Assembly (NCBI GenBank): GCA_001816585.1
Contig: MHCJ01000003.1
Span: 11,013 to 75,012 of the forward strand
Length of the DNA stretch: 64,000 nucleotides
Direction of reading: 5' to 3'
Source of the DNA: Candidatus Chisholmbacteria bacterium RIFCSPHIGHO2_01_FULL_52_32
Lineage (GTDB): Bacteria > Patescibacteriota > Microgenomatia > UBA1400 > Chisholmbacteraceae
Of this stretch, positions 1 through 8,897 are shown in pieces; the first letter of the stretch is position 1, and every line of letters starts with the position of its first letter. A program made the translations under genes and the position numbers. The notes under the pieces were generated by a model. It was not told the origin of the DNA and made no database searches. It saw nothing but the letters and a program-made list of their open reading frames with translations.

Positions 1-332
1 ACAAGGTACTTGACCCCACGTCGGCGTTCGCTTCGCAGTCCTTTTTCTCGCTTGATCTGGGTATTTATCGAGAGGTCCTGCGTTGGATTCAGGGTGCTTT
101 GGGGTTTGGCGATGAAGTCCTGCAGAGCATCTTGATGAAGTTGACCCGGAATACCCTCGCGGATGTTTTTATCCTCTCAAACGCCAAGATTACGGAGGCG
201 GTCTACATCGAACGGGGGGATGATGCCGATAGTTTCTTTGCGGGCGTTCTCCATGAGGCTTTGGCGGAACTTAAGGAACGAGAGGGACCGGTCCTTAGGA
301 TGATGGAAGAGCGGGCAGGGATGGGAGTGTAG
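1..332 (+). CDS. Hypothetical protein, 5'-truncated at window edge (C-terminal part only)
   Basis: The reading frame is open from base 3 to the stop at 330-332. The track shows only the 77-aa tail. No family recognised. Confidence 0.35.
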   Translation, partial: KVLDPTSAFASQSFFSLDLGIYREVLRWIQGALGFGDEVLQSILMKLTRNTLADVFILSNAKITEAVYIERGDDADSFFAGVLHEALAELKEREGPVLRMMEERAGMGV

Positions 333-341
333 GAAGCGCAA

Positions 342-1757
342 ATGGCACGGAACGCTTCTTTTTTTGTCTGTCAACAGTGTGGAACCACTTTTCCAAAATG
401 GTCGGGAAGGTGTAGTCAGTGTGGGGCGTGGAACAGTCTCGTCGAAACGATGGTTTCGACGAGAACGCAAAACGCAAAACGCCACGCCAACGGGCGGGCA
501 GGCAAAACGCAAAACTTGGCAGTCAAACCAATAAGGCTTTCGGAGGTCACAGGGGTTGCCGAAAAAAGGATTCCGACCGGCATTGGGGAACTGGATCGAG
601 TCTTGGGCGGAGGGATTGTTCCCGGGAGTGTGGTCTTGGTTGCGGGGGAACCGGGGATCGGGAAAAGCACACTCTTAACGCAGCTAGCGTTAAGAGTAGC
701 AAATAGCATATGGCATATGGCAAATAGCAAAAGGGGAGAAACGAAACCATCTGCTATACGCCATACGCCATCTGCCGTACTGTATGTCTGTGGGGAGGAG
801 AATCCGGGGCAGATAAAGCTTCGAGTCGGTAGACTCGAGGCAAGTTTAAAATTCAAAGTGCAAAGTGCAAAGTTGTTTTTACTGCCCGAGGTGGATGTGG
901 ATGCGGTGGTTTCTACCATTGAAAAAGAGAAGCCCGGATTGGTGATTGTTGACAGTATCCAGACGATGATGACTGGTGATTTAACATCTTCGGCAGGAAG
1001 CGTGGGGCAAGTGAGCGAATCCACCCGTCGGTTGATTTCGGTTGCCAAGGCCCTTGAGGTTCCGGTGTTCCTCGTTGGCCACGTGACCAAAGAGGGGGCG
1101 ATTGCCGGACCAAAGATTTTGGAACATATGGTTGATGTGGTTTTGGAGCTTTCTGGGGATATGCAGCATGAATTTCGCCTGCTTCGGACGACCAAGAACC
1201 GGTTTGGGACGACGGATGAAGTTGGGGTGTTCGTCATGGAGGAGGTGGGCCTTGAGGAAGTATTGAATCCGTCTGACCGTTTCCTTGAGGATCGACAGGA
1301 CAAAGTCTCGGGGAGCGCGGTGGTTTGCGTCCTTGAAGGGACACGCCCGATGCTGGTTGAGATCCAAGCCCTTGTGGTGCCCAGCCAACTCGCAATCCCG
1401 CGGCGCGTGGCAAGCGGGGTAGATTTACGGCGGGTCCAAATCCTGGTCGCGGTATTGACCAAGCGTTGCGGGCTTCGCTTGGGCGATGCTGACGTTTATG
1501 TGAATGTTGCAGGAGGTCTTACGATCCGGGAACCGGCTTCGGATTTTGGCATCGCCATGGCAATTGCCTCAAGTAATCGGAATCGGGCTCTTCCAACAAA
1601 GACCGCATTTATCGGAGAAGTCGGACTTTTAGGGGAGGTTCGGAAGGTTGGGCGACTGAACCAACGCCTCGCCGAAGCAAAGGCGCAGGGATTTTCTCGG
1701 GTAGTTTCAGCCTCCGAGTACCGTTCTTTAGCTGCGGCGGTTCGCGCACTTCTATAA
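342..1757 (+). CDS. radA: DNA repair protein RadA/Sms
   Basis: N-terminal C4 zinc finger (CQQCG...CSQCGAW), RecA-like P-loop GEPGIGKST, KNRFG motif, C-terminal Lon-protease-like domain. ATG at 342. Carries in-frame heptamer-repeat insertions. Confidence 0.9.
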   Translation: MARNASFFVCQQCGTTFPKWSGRCSQCGAWNSLVETMVSTRTQNAKRHANGRAGKTQNLAVKPIRLSEVTGVAEKRIPTGIGELDRVLGGGIVPGSVVLVAGEPGIGKSTLLTQLALRVANSIWHMANSKRGETKPSAIRHTPSAVLYVCGEENPGQIKLRVGRLEASLKFKVQSAKLFLLPEVDVDAVVSTIEKEKPGLVIVDSIQTMMTGDLTSSAGSVGQVSESTRRLISVAKALEVPVFLVGHVTKEGAIAGPKILEHMVDVVLELSGDMQHEFRLLRTTKNRFGTTDEVGVFVMEEVGLEEVLNPSDRFLEDRQDKVSGSAVVCVLEGTRPMLVEIQALVVPSQLAIPRRVASGVDLRRVQILVAVLTKRCGLRLGDADVYVNVAGGLTIREPASDFGIAMAIASSNRNRALPTKTAFIGEVGLLGEVRKVGRLNQRLAEAKAQGFSRVVSASEYRSLAAAVRALL

Positions 1758-2783
1758 CTGATTCCTCATTTCCCCCAGGTTTTCCACACCTCCATTTGAG
1801 TTTTCCACACTTACCTTTCTTGTTCTTTTTTCCGCGAGTGTGATCAGGTTTTGGTTTGTAATTATTGTTACAGGCCTTTTTGTTTTATCCAAGTTTATTC
1901 CTATAGGATTTGACAGCTGTTGACAAATGTGTTAAGTTTGGAATTGATGCGGAAAGTCCAAAGACAGATACGAACATTTTTCCGTGGCTTAAGAAGCAGA
2001 AAAGCCCGAAGAATCAACCGCGAGAAGGGAGCGGTTGCATTTGTGACGCATCAGTTGAAAGACCTTGTCCGTTTGGATCAAAAGCTGATCCTCATGGGGA
2101 AGTGAAGCAAGTTGAAAATTTAACGTTAAAAGTTTGAAGTTTTGCGAGATAAATAAGGCTCACTACCGCTTGTCTGATGGAAAAGAGCATTACTACCGCA
2201 GCACGGTGGGCTCGAATAGCAATGCTCTTTCTTAAGAGTCGGCTCGCGTTCGGACAGGTGACGCGAAACCTAAAAGACACCATAACACGGGCTTGGCACC
2301 TTGTCAATCTTTCGCATTTTGTTTGAGTACTATTAGTGGACAACATGGATATTTCAGGTTCGACTACTTGAGTGGTGGGTGATGATCGGGCCCAGCCTAC
2401 GCAACACTGCTTTTCGCAGTCCACCAGCTGGCGGACTCGTGGGCCGGTTGCTTCGGCGGGCAGGCATGCTTGGCACGTTGGCTTATTCGACCAAGTCAGA
2501 CTGGGTTCGATAGGGATTGAATTCGACTGCTTTAGTGGTGGGTGATGTGTAGGGCAGGCGCATCACCCGCCTCTTGAGTAGTTGAGTTCAAGCTGGCAGA
2601 GGCTCGCTCTTCTTTCGCTTATCGTTTCGTTCTTGACAGATCGCTGGGAACTTGAAACAATGGGGGTTGTCTTAGACCTCTAGGGTTTTTCCTCAATGTG
2701 CATGCGAAAAACGTCTTTACGATTTGATTGAACATTCCGTTTCATGGCTATTTGCTTTTTCCATTGACCTTTCTTGTTTGTCT

Positions 2784-4229
2784 ATGGCAGTTCGCTCAAC
2801 AGCCTCCCGTTCCAAAACTTATTCCAAAATTCAGAAGGTTCCGGAGCTTGCTCCTGAGGATTTCGTCGGTCGAGTAGAGGAGCCTCAGACGGAGGTACCC
2901 GCACCCGCTGAACAAGAGGTGAACAATGTTGTTCCTCCTGAAGATACACCTCCACCCGTTCAACCACCGATTCAGACCCCGGTTGGGCCCCCACAGTTTC
3001 CGGCTTCGCCCCCTCCCCAACCCCAAGCGGGCTTATCCTTTAGCGGAATGGTCGATGATCGAGTTATACCCGATGCCGGTCTTCCGACGGAAAATGTCTC
3101 CGGGATACTAGATAAGAAACAGGAAGGTCATGGGTTACTCCGCCCTCATTTTTCTCCGAGCAACATGGATGTCTATATCTCTTCTTCCCAGATACGTCGG
3201 TTTGCGCTCCGCCCGGGAGACTTGGTGGAAGGCCCGGCGCGACGGCCAAAGGAGAACGAGCGCTATTGGGGACTCCTGAAAGTGGAGATTGTGAACGGTC
3301 ATCCGATCGGAGAGTTGGGGAGGCGACCGCACTTCGACGAACTCACACCCATTTTTCCTGAGGAGCGGTTGGCACTTGAGACCGGGAAAGATCCGCTCTC
3401 GGCCCGTCTGATTGATTTGGTGGCTCCGATAGGAAAAGGTCAGCGGGGCATGATTGTGTCTCCGCCCAAGGCGGGGAAGACAACGATTCTCAAGGATATA
3501 GCCTTGGGGGTAGCGGTCAATTACCCCAAAGTCCACTTAATGGCTGTTTTGATCGGTGAGCGGCCGGAGGAAGTGACGGATATTCGTCGCCACATCGAAA
3601 AGGTAACCAAAGGAACCGGGGAAGTGGCCTCTTCCAATTTCGATGAGCCAGCCGACCAGCAGACGGAGATAGCGGAGATGGCTTTAGAGCGGGCAAAACG
3701 GCTGGTGGAGATGGGAATGGATGTGGTCATCTTGCTCGACTCCATCACCCGTTTGGCACGTGCCTACAACTTAGCCATACCCACATCCGGACGGACTCTT
3801 TCCGGAGGATTCGATCCCGCGGCGTTGTATCCACCTAAGCGATTTTTCGGCGCAGCCAGGAACTTTGAACCTTTCGAGACGTTCGAGGGTAAGGCGTCGG
3901 GGTCCTTGACGATACTGGGGACCGCCCTCATCGATACGGGGAGCCGGATGGACGATTTGATCTATGAAGAGTTTAAAGGAACGGGGAATATGGAACTTCA
4001 CTTGGACCGGCATTTGGCAGAACGGCGGATCTATCCTTCCATTGATGTCCAGCGCTCCGGAACCAGAAAAGAAGAACTGCTGTTTGACTCGACGTCTTAC
4101 CAGAGTGTGGTTGTCATGCGGCGGATGATCGATGTCCTCGGCAAGGATGAGCGGACCGAGCTTCTCTTGGATCGGTTACGGAAGACAAAAAACAACAAGG
4201 AGTTCCTCGCTTCTCTGAAAGAAGGATAA
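2784..4229 (+). CDS. rho: Transcription termination factor Rho (Pro-rich N-terminal extension)
   Basis: RNA-binding domain then ATPase core (PIGKGQRGMIVSPPKAGKTT, RecA-like), C-terminal ...RSGTRKEELL. The first ATG is at 2784; the track ORF begins at an upstream TTG (2724). Confidence 0.88.
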   Translation: MAVRSTASRSKTYSKIQKVPELAPEDFVGRVEEPQTEVPAPAEQEVNNVVPPEDTPPPVQPPIQTPVGPPQFPASPPPQPQAGLSFSGMVDDRVIPDAGLPTENVSGILDKKQEGHGLLRPHFSPSNMDVYISSSQIRRFALRPGDLVEGPARRPKENERYWGLLKVEIVNGHPIGELGRRPHFDELTPIFPEERLALETGKDPLSARLIDLVAPIGKGQRGMIVSPPKAGKTTILKDIALGVAVNYPKVHLMAVLIGERPEEVTDIRRHIEKVTKGTGEVASSNFDEPADQQTEIAEMALERAKRLVEMGMDVVILLDSITRLARAYNLAIPTSGRTLSGGFDPAALYPPKRFFGAARNFEPFETFEGKASGSLTILGTALIDTGSRMDDLIYEEFKGTGNMELHLDRHLAERRIYPSIDVQRSGTRKEELLFDSTSYQSVVVMRRMIDVLGKDERTELLLDRLRKTKNNKEFLASLKEG

Positions 4230-4230
4230 G

Positions 4231-4352
<122 letters not shown>

Positions 4353-4357
<5 letters not shown>

Positions 4358-5690
4358 CCTTCTGTGTTTTATACTTGTGTGCGTTTGATTGGAGAGTATT
4401 CGTTATCCAGGTTGTCGCCTGCTTCAGTCCTACGGAAGTTACCAGAATAAGGATGAGCAGGGTTGGAATGAGGTACCGTTCAAAACCTGGGAGCTTCACG
4501 CGGGCGTAGGCGATGTTGACGACAATCCAGAAGATGGAGAGGGAGAGCAGAGAATGGCTCTGTGGATCGTTTTTTGCTCTCCTTAAGAGGCTATACCATC
4601 CGAACAGGAGCAACAGTGTGAGGAGGCTTTGAACGATGCGATATTTTGAGATCGAGATAAATACTGTCAGGATGTAGAGCGGCATCTCGAGAAAGCTAAA
4701 CTGTCCGAACGCCCGATAGAAAAGTTCCTGCTGGAGGATTCGAGAGCCAAAGAGGGCTCCCGTGCCTCGGATGGGATCCGCCCAGATCTCCGGTTCCAAA
4801 AAGAAGAACGTGGCAAGGAAAGAAAGGGTATACCCCGCGCAGAAGAATAGGAATCTTTTCCATTGTTGTTTGGAAATTGTGCTTGGGTGGGTGAGACAAA
4901 GCAGGGAAAAGTATAACCAGGGGAAGAAGAGGAGGAAGACTCCGGGGAGTTTGATGCTCGTAGTACACGCAATGAGCATTCCCAGGACGAATGAGGAGAG
5001 AAAAATACGGCTGTTTGAAAGTCGGGGAAGCTGATGAAGTGTTGCGACAAGTGCAGTTCCACTGATGAGGAGGAAGAGGACAAAAAAGGCGTCGGCTGTG
5101 GCAATCCCAAAAGTATTCCTTATGAGCGGATGCCATGCGCTAAAGACAGCGATAGAAAAGCCGATTTTCCAGTCTCGGGTTATATTGGTAGCGATCCATG
5201 CGAGAAACAGGATGGCCAGCAAACCCGCCGCTACGGAGGCGTATCGGATGAGAAGGATCGCATCGGTCACCTCAGAACCGAGTATGATTGCGGCCTCCTC
5301 CAGCGTTTTCCCTGTCGGGAGTACGTCAGTGTGAACGATGGCGTAGAGCCGGGTGCTTGTTTCCTCATCGACCATTTTTCTCCCGGTGCTTTGCAAAAGG
5401 AAACCGATGAGGTATTTCCCGAATTGCGGCTGGTCGAGGAGGCGGCGCTTCTGTGTTTCCCACCGAAGATATTTGAAGTCTTTTGGCAGCGAAAACCGTT
5501 CCCAATTGTTGTTTCGGCGATGCGTATAGAATTGGGCATCCAAGATCCAGGGAACCTCGTCAATGGAGAGGGTTATTTTCGGGACTAGGGAAATCCACAA
5601 GCCGTAGATCCAATAAACCCCAAGCATAACCAAGGGAATTTGCCACAGAAGAGAGCGCCAATACCTCCTTTTTCGCATCGGCTTAATCAT
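4353..5690 (-). CDS. Polytopic integral membrane protein, possibly GT-C-type glycosyltransferase (PMT/ArnT-like)
   Basis: 445 aa with many predicted transmembrane helices. Weak resemblance to glycosyltransferase family 39/83 membrane enzymes; not a firm family call. Confidence 0.45.
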
Positions 5691-5724
5691 TGCACATGTA
5701 TATCTGCTGTGCTAGGATGCTTGC

Positions 5725-6852
5725 TTGTCCCTCAATTATGGGGGAAGTATGCAGAGATTGGTCCGTTTCTTCCTTGAACTCCGGGAGTTTTCCCTAGCTT
5801 TATTTTCCTTTGCCTCACACCGGCTGGGAGGCGCGTTTTGGCGGTTTGAGCGCGGGAAGGGATTTTTTGTTTCCGCGCTTTACCGAAGACGGGGGCGATA
5901 CGCTCAGCCGTTTATCCATTCGGCAATGGCTGGTTTGGTGTTTGTTGCGGTCACGTTCGGGCCGCTTTTTATTGCCCAAACCTTTCCCGGCCAGGCCTCG
6001 TCGTTTGAGGAAGCATTACCCTCCGCGATCATCTTGGGGACTACTGCTGATTATGACCCTCCGGTTACCACCCTCATTTCCGAAAAGCCAAGATCAGAAG
6101 TGATTGAATACCAGGTTCAGACAGGGGATACGGTCAGTTCGATTGCCACAAAGTTCGGGGTTTCCATTGATACGGTGCTTTGGGCGAACGGAATGACGGA
6201 AACGCAACGGATACAACCGGGACAGACTCTCAAGATCCCTCCGGTTACCGGTGTTGTTCATTCGGTGCGGAAAGGCGATACGATTTATTCGATTGCCAAG
6301 AAGTATGAGGCGGAGGCACAGGCCCTGGTTGACTTTCCTTTTAATACATTTACGAATGATGAGACGTTTGCTTTGGCTGTGGGACAGATTGTCATTGTTC
6401 CAGACGGCGTGTTACCGGAGGTGAAGCCGGTGTCACCGGAGTCGATGATTGCGAAGGTGTTGACGCCGAGCGCGGGTGCGGTTTCGGCAACCGGGAATTT
6501 CGTTTGGCCGGCGGCGGGGCGGATTACGCAGCGATACGTGTGGTACCACCGCGGCATCGACATCGCAAACAAGGATGGGGGGCCGATTTTGGCGGCTGAC
6601 AGCGGAACGGTGGTCGTTGCCGGATGGCCGGACGGTCAAGGGTATGCAAACCGGGTGATCATCGATCACGGAAACGGACTCACGACGCTGTATGCGCATA
6701 TGTCGCGGGTACGCGTGGTTGCGGGACAGACGGTCAGTCGCGGAGATGTGATCGGAGATATGGGATGTACCGGCCGCTGTACCGGGACTCACCTTCACTT
6801 TGAGATCCGGGGCGGGGGCGGTTTTATGAACCCATCGGAGTATTTGAAGTGA
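5725..6852 (+). CDS. LysM-domain M23 family metallopeptidase (peptidoglycan hydrolase)
   Basis: Two LysM repeats (YQVQTGDTVSSIATKFGVS; HSVRKGDTIYSIAKKY) followed by an M23 core (HRGIDIA ... GCTGRCTGTHLHFEIR). The start could be TTG at 5725 or ATG at 5749. Confidence 0.85.
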   Translation: MSLNYGGSMQRLVRFFLELREFSLALFSFASHRLGGAFWRFERGKGFFVSALYRRRGRYAQPFIHSAMAGLVFVAVTFGPLFIAQTFPGQASSFEEALPSAIILGTTADYDPPVTTLISEKPRSEVIEYQVQTGDTVSSIATKFGVSIDTVLWANGMTETQRIQPGQTLKIPPVTGVVHSVRKGDTIYSIAKKYEAEAQALVDFPFNTFTNDETFALAVGQIVIVPDGVLPEVKPVSPESMIAKVLTPSAGAVSATGNFVWPAAGRITQRYVWYHRGIDIANKDGGPILAADSGTVVVAGWPDGQGYANRVIIDHGNGLTTLYAHMSRVRVVAGQTVSRGDVIGDMGCTGRCTGTHLHFEIRGGGGFMNPSEYLK

Positions 6853-6920
6853 GAAATTAGCTTCTTCGCTTCTTGGCTGCGAAAATCTTGAGGGTTTAAC
6901 GAGAGAGTGCTGTCGGGGTT

Positions 6921-7166
6921 TTAGTTTCTGCAGGTAAAGATGCGGCAGCCATTTTCATCGCGGTCGATGGTCCACTCTGTCGAGCAAATTTTTCCGCGCG
7001 GGATGATTGGGGCTTCACAGTTCTTCGGGAAGTAGGCGCGCCCAAGGATGTTGGTTTGTTGGGTTAGTGCCCAGATGAGGAGAGGAATGGTTGCCAGCAT
7101 GAGAATGATGAGGAGGATGGCGAGTTTATGGTGGGAGAGAAGAATGGTTTTTGCCACTGAACTCAA
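6921..7166 (-). CDS. Small membrane protein with C-terminal Cys pairs (hypothetical)
   Basis: 81-aa track ORF with one TM helix (AILLIILMLATIPLLIW) and a CEAP...CRIFTC tail. Coordinates taken from the ORF track. Confidence 0.3.
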   Translation of the reverse strand: MSSVAKTILLSHHKLAILLIILMLATIPLLIWALTQQTNILGRAYFPKNCEAPIIPRGKICSTEWTIDRDENGCRIFTCRN

Positions 7167-7167
7167 G

Positions 7168-7277
7168 GGTAGGGAATTAGGGAAGGGAAGTCAAGAGAAA
7201 TAGCGTTTAGCGATAAGCGTCTAGCGTCTAGTTCCTCAACCCTCAACCCCCAACCCTCAACCCTCGACCCTCGACCC
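7168..7277. repeat. Heptamer repeat tract (TAGGGAA/TAGCGxx then CCTCAAC/CCTCGAC)
   Basis: gggtagggaattagggaagggaag ... agcgtttagcgataagcgtctagcgtctag ... cctcaac cctcaac ccccaac cctcaac cctcgac cctcgac. Confidence 0.75.
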
Positions 7278-7453
7278 TATTCCTTGTCTTTTCTGTACTT
7301 TGCAAACTGGCGCTCACGAGCCTGAAACTTGGCGCGGCAGATGAGGCAGAAACTCGGGGGTTTAAGACCCTTTTGGCGGTAAAAGTCCTGTTCGCCATCG
7401 GTCCAGATGAATTCGTTACCGCAGTTTTGGCAGATAAGGGTGAGGTCGGACAT
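7277..7453 (-). CDS. Small zinc-ribbon protein (58 aa); not in the ORF track because it is under 60 aa
   Basis: Reverse-complement translation gives MSDLTLICQNCGNEFIWTDGEQDFYRQKGLKPPSFCLICRAKFQAREQFAKYRKDKE*, with two CxxC pairs. ATG at 7453-7451, TAG at 7279-7277. This is more plausible than the overlapping 7243..7464 track ORF. Confidence 0.5.
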   Translation of the reverse strand: MSDLTLICQNCGNEFIWTDGEQDFYRQKGLKPPSFCLICRAKFQARERQFAKYRKDKE

Positions 7454-7531
7454 GGGTTAGGCAATAGGCACTAGGGTATAGGGTTTAGGGAAAAAGCAGT
7501 AATGGCTGATAGCGAATAGCCAGTAGCCAAT
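7454..7531. repeat. Heptamer repeat tract (TAGGCAA/TAGGGTT/TAGCGAA types)
   Basis: ggttagg caatagg cactagg gtatagg gtttagg ... gctgatagcgaatagccagtagccaa. Confidence 0.7.
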
Positions 7532-7533
7532 TG

Positions 7534-7605
7534 TGGACCGTAGCGGGATCGAACCGCTGACCTTTTGCATGCCATGCAAACGCTCTACCAGCTGAGCTAA
7601 CGGCC
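7534..7605 (-). tRNA. tRNA-Ala (anticodon GGC)
   Basis: The reverse complement GGGCCGTTAGCTCAGCTGGTAGAGCGTTTGCATGGCATGCAAAAGGTCAGCGGTTCGATCCCGCTACGGTCCA folds as a cloverleaf. It has the G3:U70 alanine identity pair and anticodon loop AT-GGC-AT. Confidence 0.8.
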
Positions 7606-7682
7606 CTGGTGGACCTAGCCGGACTCGAACCGGCCACCTCACCCATGCGAAGGGTGCGCTCTACCAGATGAGCTATAGGCCC
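7606..7682 (-). tRNA. tRNA-Ala (anticodon CGC), CCA encoded
   Basis: The reverse complement GGGCCTATAGCTCATCTGGTAGAGCGCACCCTTCGCATGGGTGAGGTGGCCGGTTCGAGTCCGGCTAGGTCCACCA has G3:U70 and anticodon loop TT-CGC-AT. Confidence 0.8.
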
Positions 7683-7765
7683 TCAGGCAGATATTTTAAC
7701 ATAGTAACTCTGTCTCTGTCCTTATTCATCTCGTAAAGGAGGAGATGGTTGGGGGAAAGAAGGTA

Positions 7766-8770
7766 TTAACGAAAATCTCTGAGTGCTGCCTCGACCTGGG
7801 GACTTCTATGGAAACTGACAAGCTCGATCGACGAGGATTGGGTTGGAATTTTTAGGATATCAAATAGGCTGATTTGATTGAGGATAGCGTTGCGTGTCTG
7901 TTCTTGAAGATCGAGCGGAGCTTGTACCTCTGCAAGTACGGAATCTGCGGTTTCCAGTGTGTATTTAGCAAAGTCGCGGATCTTTTGTTGTCTTTCACTC
8001 CGGTCTCGTAAGAGCGTTTCTGCCATGAACATATGGGCGTTTCCCATGACAATCGCTCCACTTGTTTGCCTGGGTTTTTGCAGGAGGTCGATTGCGTCCT
8101 GGGTTTTGGCGATTAACAGGGCGGTGCGGCCATCCACCCACCACAATGTTTTGGTCAAGATCGGTTTGGTGAGACGGGCAACACGCAGAAGAACGTCCCG
8201 TTGAGTTTCGCTTGGGGTAAAGGGAGCTGCGATCATTGAGGCTACCTGGCCAGCTCGACTGCCAAAGATAGCAAACGCAGCCGAGTATGCTAATGTCTTC
8301 TTGAGGAAGTCTCTGCGCGTGATTACAGGACGATTGGAGACCCCTAGTATTACACTTGAGAGTACAGATGCAGCGAATATTTCTGTTACTACACCTCCCC
8401 TCGCTTCCTTATCCAGTTGATTTGTGTCGGATAAGGCCTGTGCAACCTGTTCTTCGAGTGACCAGTTACTTTGCGTATAATCGAAGACGTCTCCCCTGAC
8501 AAGATAGATATACTCACTTTTTGTATTAATCTCATCAGGCCTGCCTGGAAAGCCTTCCGAGAGAGAAAGGGAGAATTGAAGATCGGAACCACCTTGCATG
8601 CCATCGATCGAGAGGAATTCTGGATTGTACTGCGAAAGTCTCCTGGCCATTTGTCTGTTCCAATCCGGACGGGGCGTATCCACCCTTTCATGCAATCCGG
8701 GTTCAAAGCGGAGATTGGGGTACTCTGAATTTTCCCTTTCATTCGCATGGTTCGGGCTTGATTCGATCAT
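7766..8770 (-). CDS. Hypothetical protein with an internal twin-arginine-like motif
   Basis: 334 aa. TRRDFLKKTLAYSAAFAIFGS sits at about residue 150, so the real start may be internal (the region may hold two genes or a mis-called start). No known catalytic motif. Confidence 0.35.
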   Translation of the reverse strand: MIESSPNHANERENSEYPNLRFEPGLHERVDTPRPDWNRQMARRLSQYNPEFLSIDGMQGGSDLQFSLSLSEGFPGRPDEINTKSEYIYLVRGDVFDYTQSNWSLEEQVAQALSDTNQLDKEARGGVVTEIFAASVLSSVILGVSNRPVITRRDFLKKTLAYSAAFAIFGSRAGQVASMIAAPFTPSETQRDVLLRVARLTKPILTKTLWWVDGRTALLIAKTQDAIDLLQKPRQTSGAIVMGNAHMFMAETLLRDRSERQQKIRDFAKYTLETADSVLAEVQAPLDLQEQTRNAILNQISLFDILKIPTQSSSIELVSFHRSPQVEAALRDFR

Positions 8771-8897
8771 GGGGCGGTATGGTACCAGTTTTGCGACCTT
8801 GCTGCAAGGCGTGTAGAATATTTAGGAGTAAGGAGTCATTCGGATCCTTCGACTACGCTCAGACAAGTTCGCTCAGAATAAATAAGGAGTAGGGAGA

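Noticed and set aside
416-1462. 348-aa antisense ORF inside radA, and similar long antisense or shadow ORFs inside leuS, argS, rho, the ATPase gene and others
   Set aside because: These overlap well-supported conserved genes on the opposite strand and have compositionally odd, Ser/Arg/Pro-rich translations. They are typical shadow ORFs.
2100-2720. tmRNA, RNase P RNA or SRP RNA in the radA-rho intergenic region, and similarly in 40600-41100
   Set aside because: The hallmark motifs are not found. These include the tmRNA 5' GGGG...GGATTCGACGGG with a tRNA-like 3' end ending CCA, GGAAAGTCCGG and AGGGTGAAA for RNase P, and the SRP domain IV GGUCAGGUCCGGAAGGAAGCAGCC. The regions are kept only as unclassified structured non-coding regions.
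7243-7464. 73-aa track ORF on the minus strand
   Set aside because: Its translation is low-complexity (PNPCPTSPLSAKTAVTNSSGPM...). An alternative frame gives a clean zinc-ribbon protein (7277..7453), and most of the track ORF is read through heptamer repeats.
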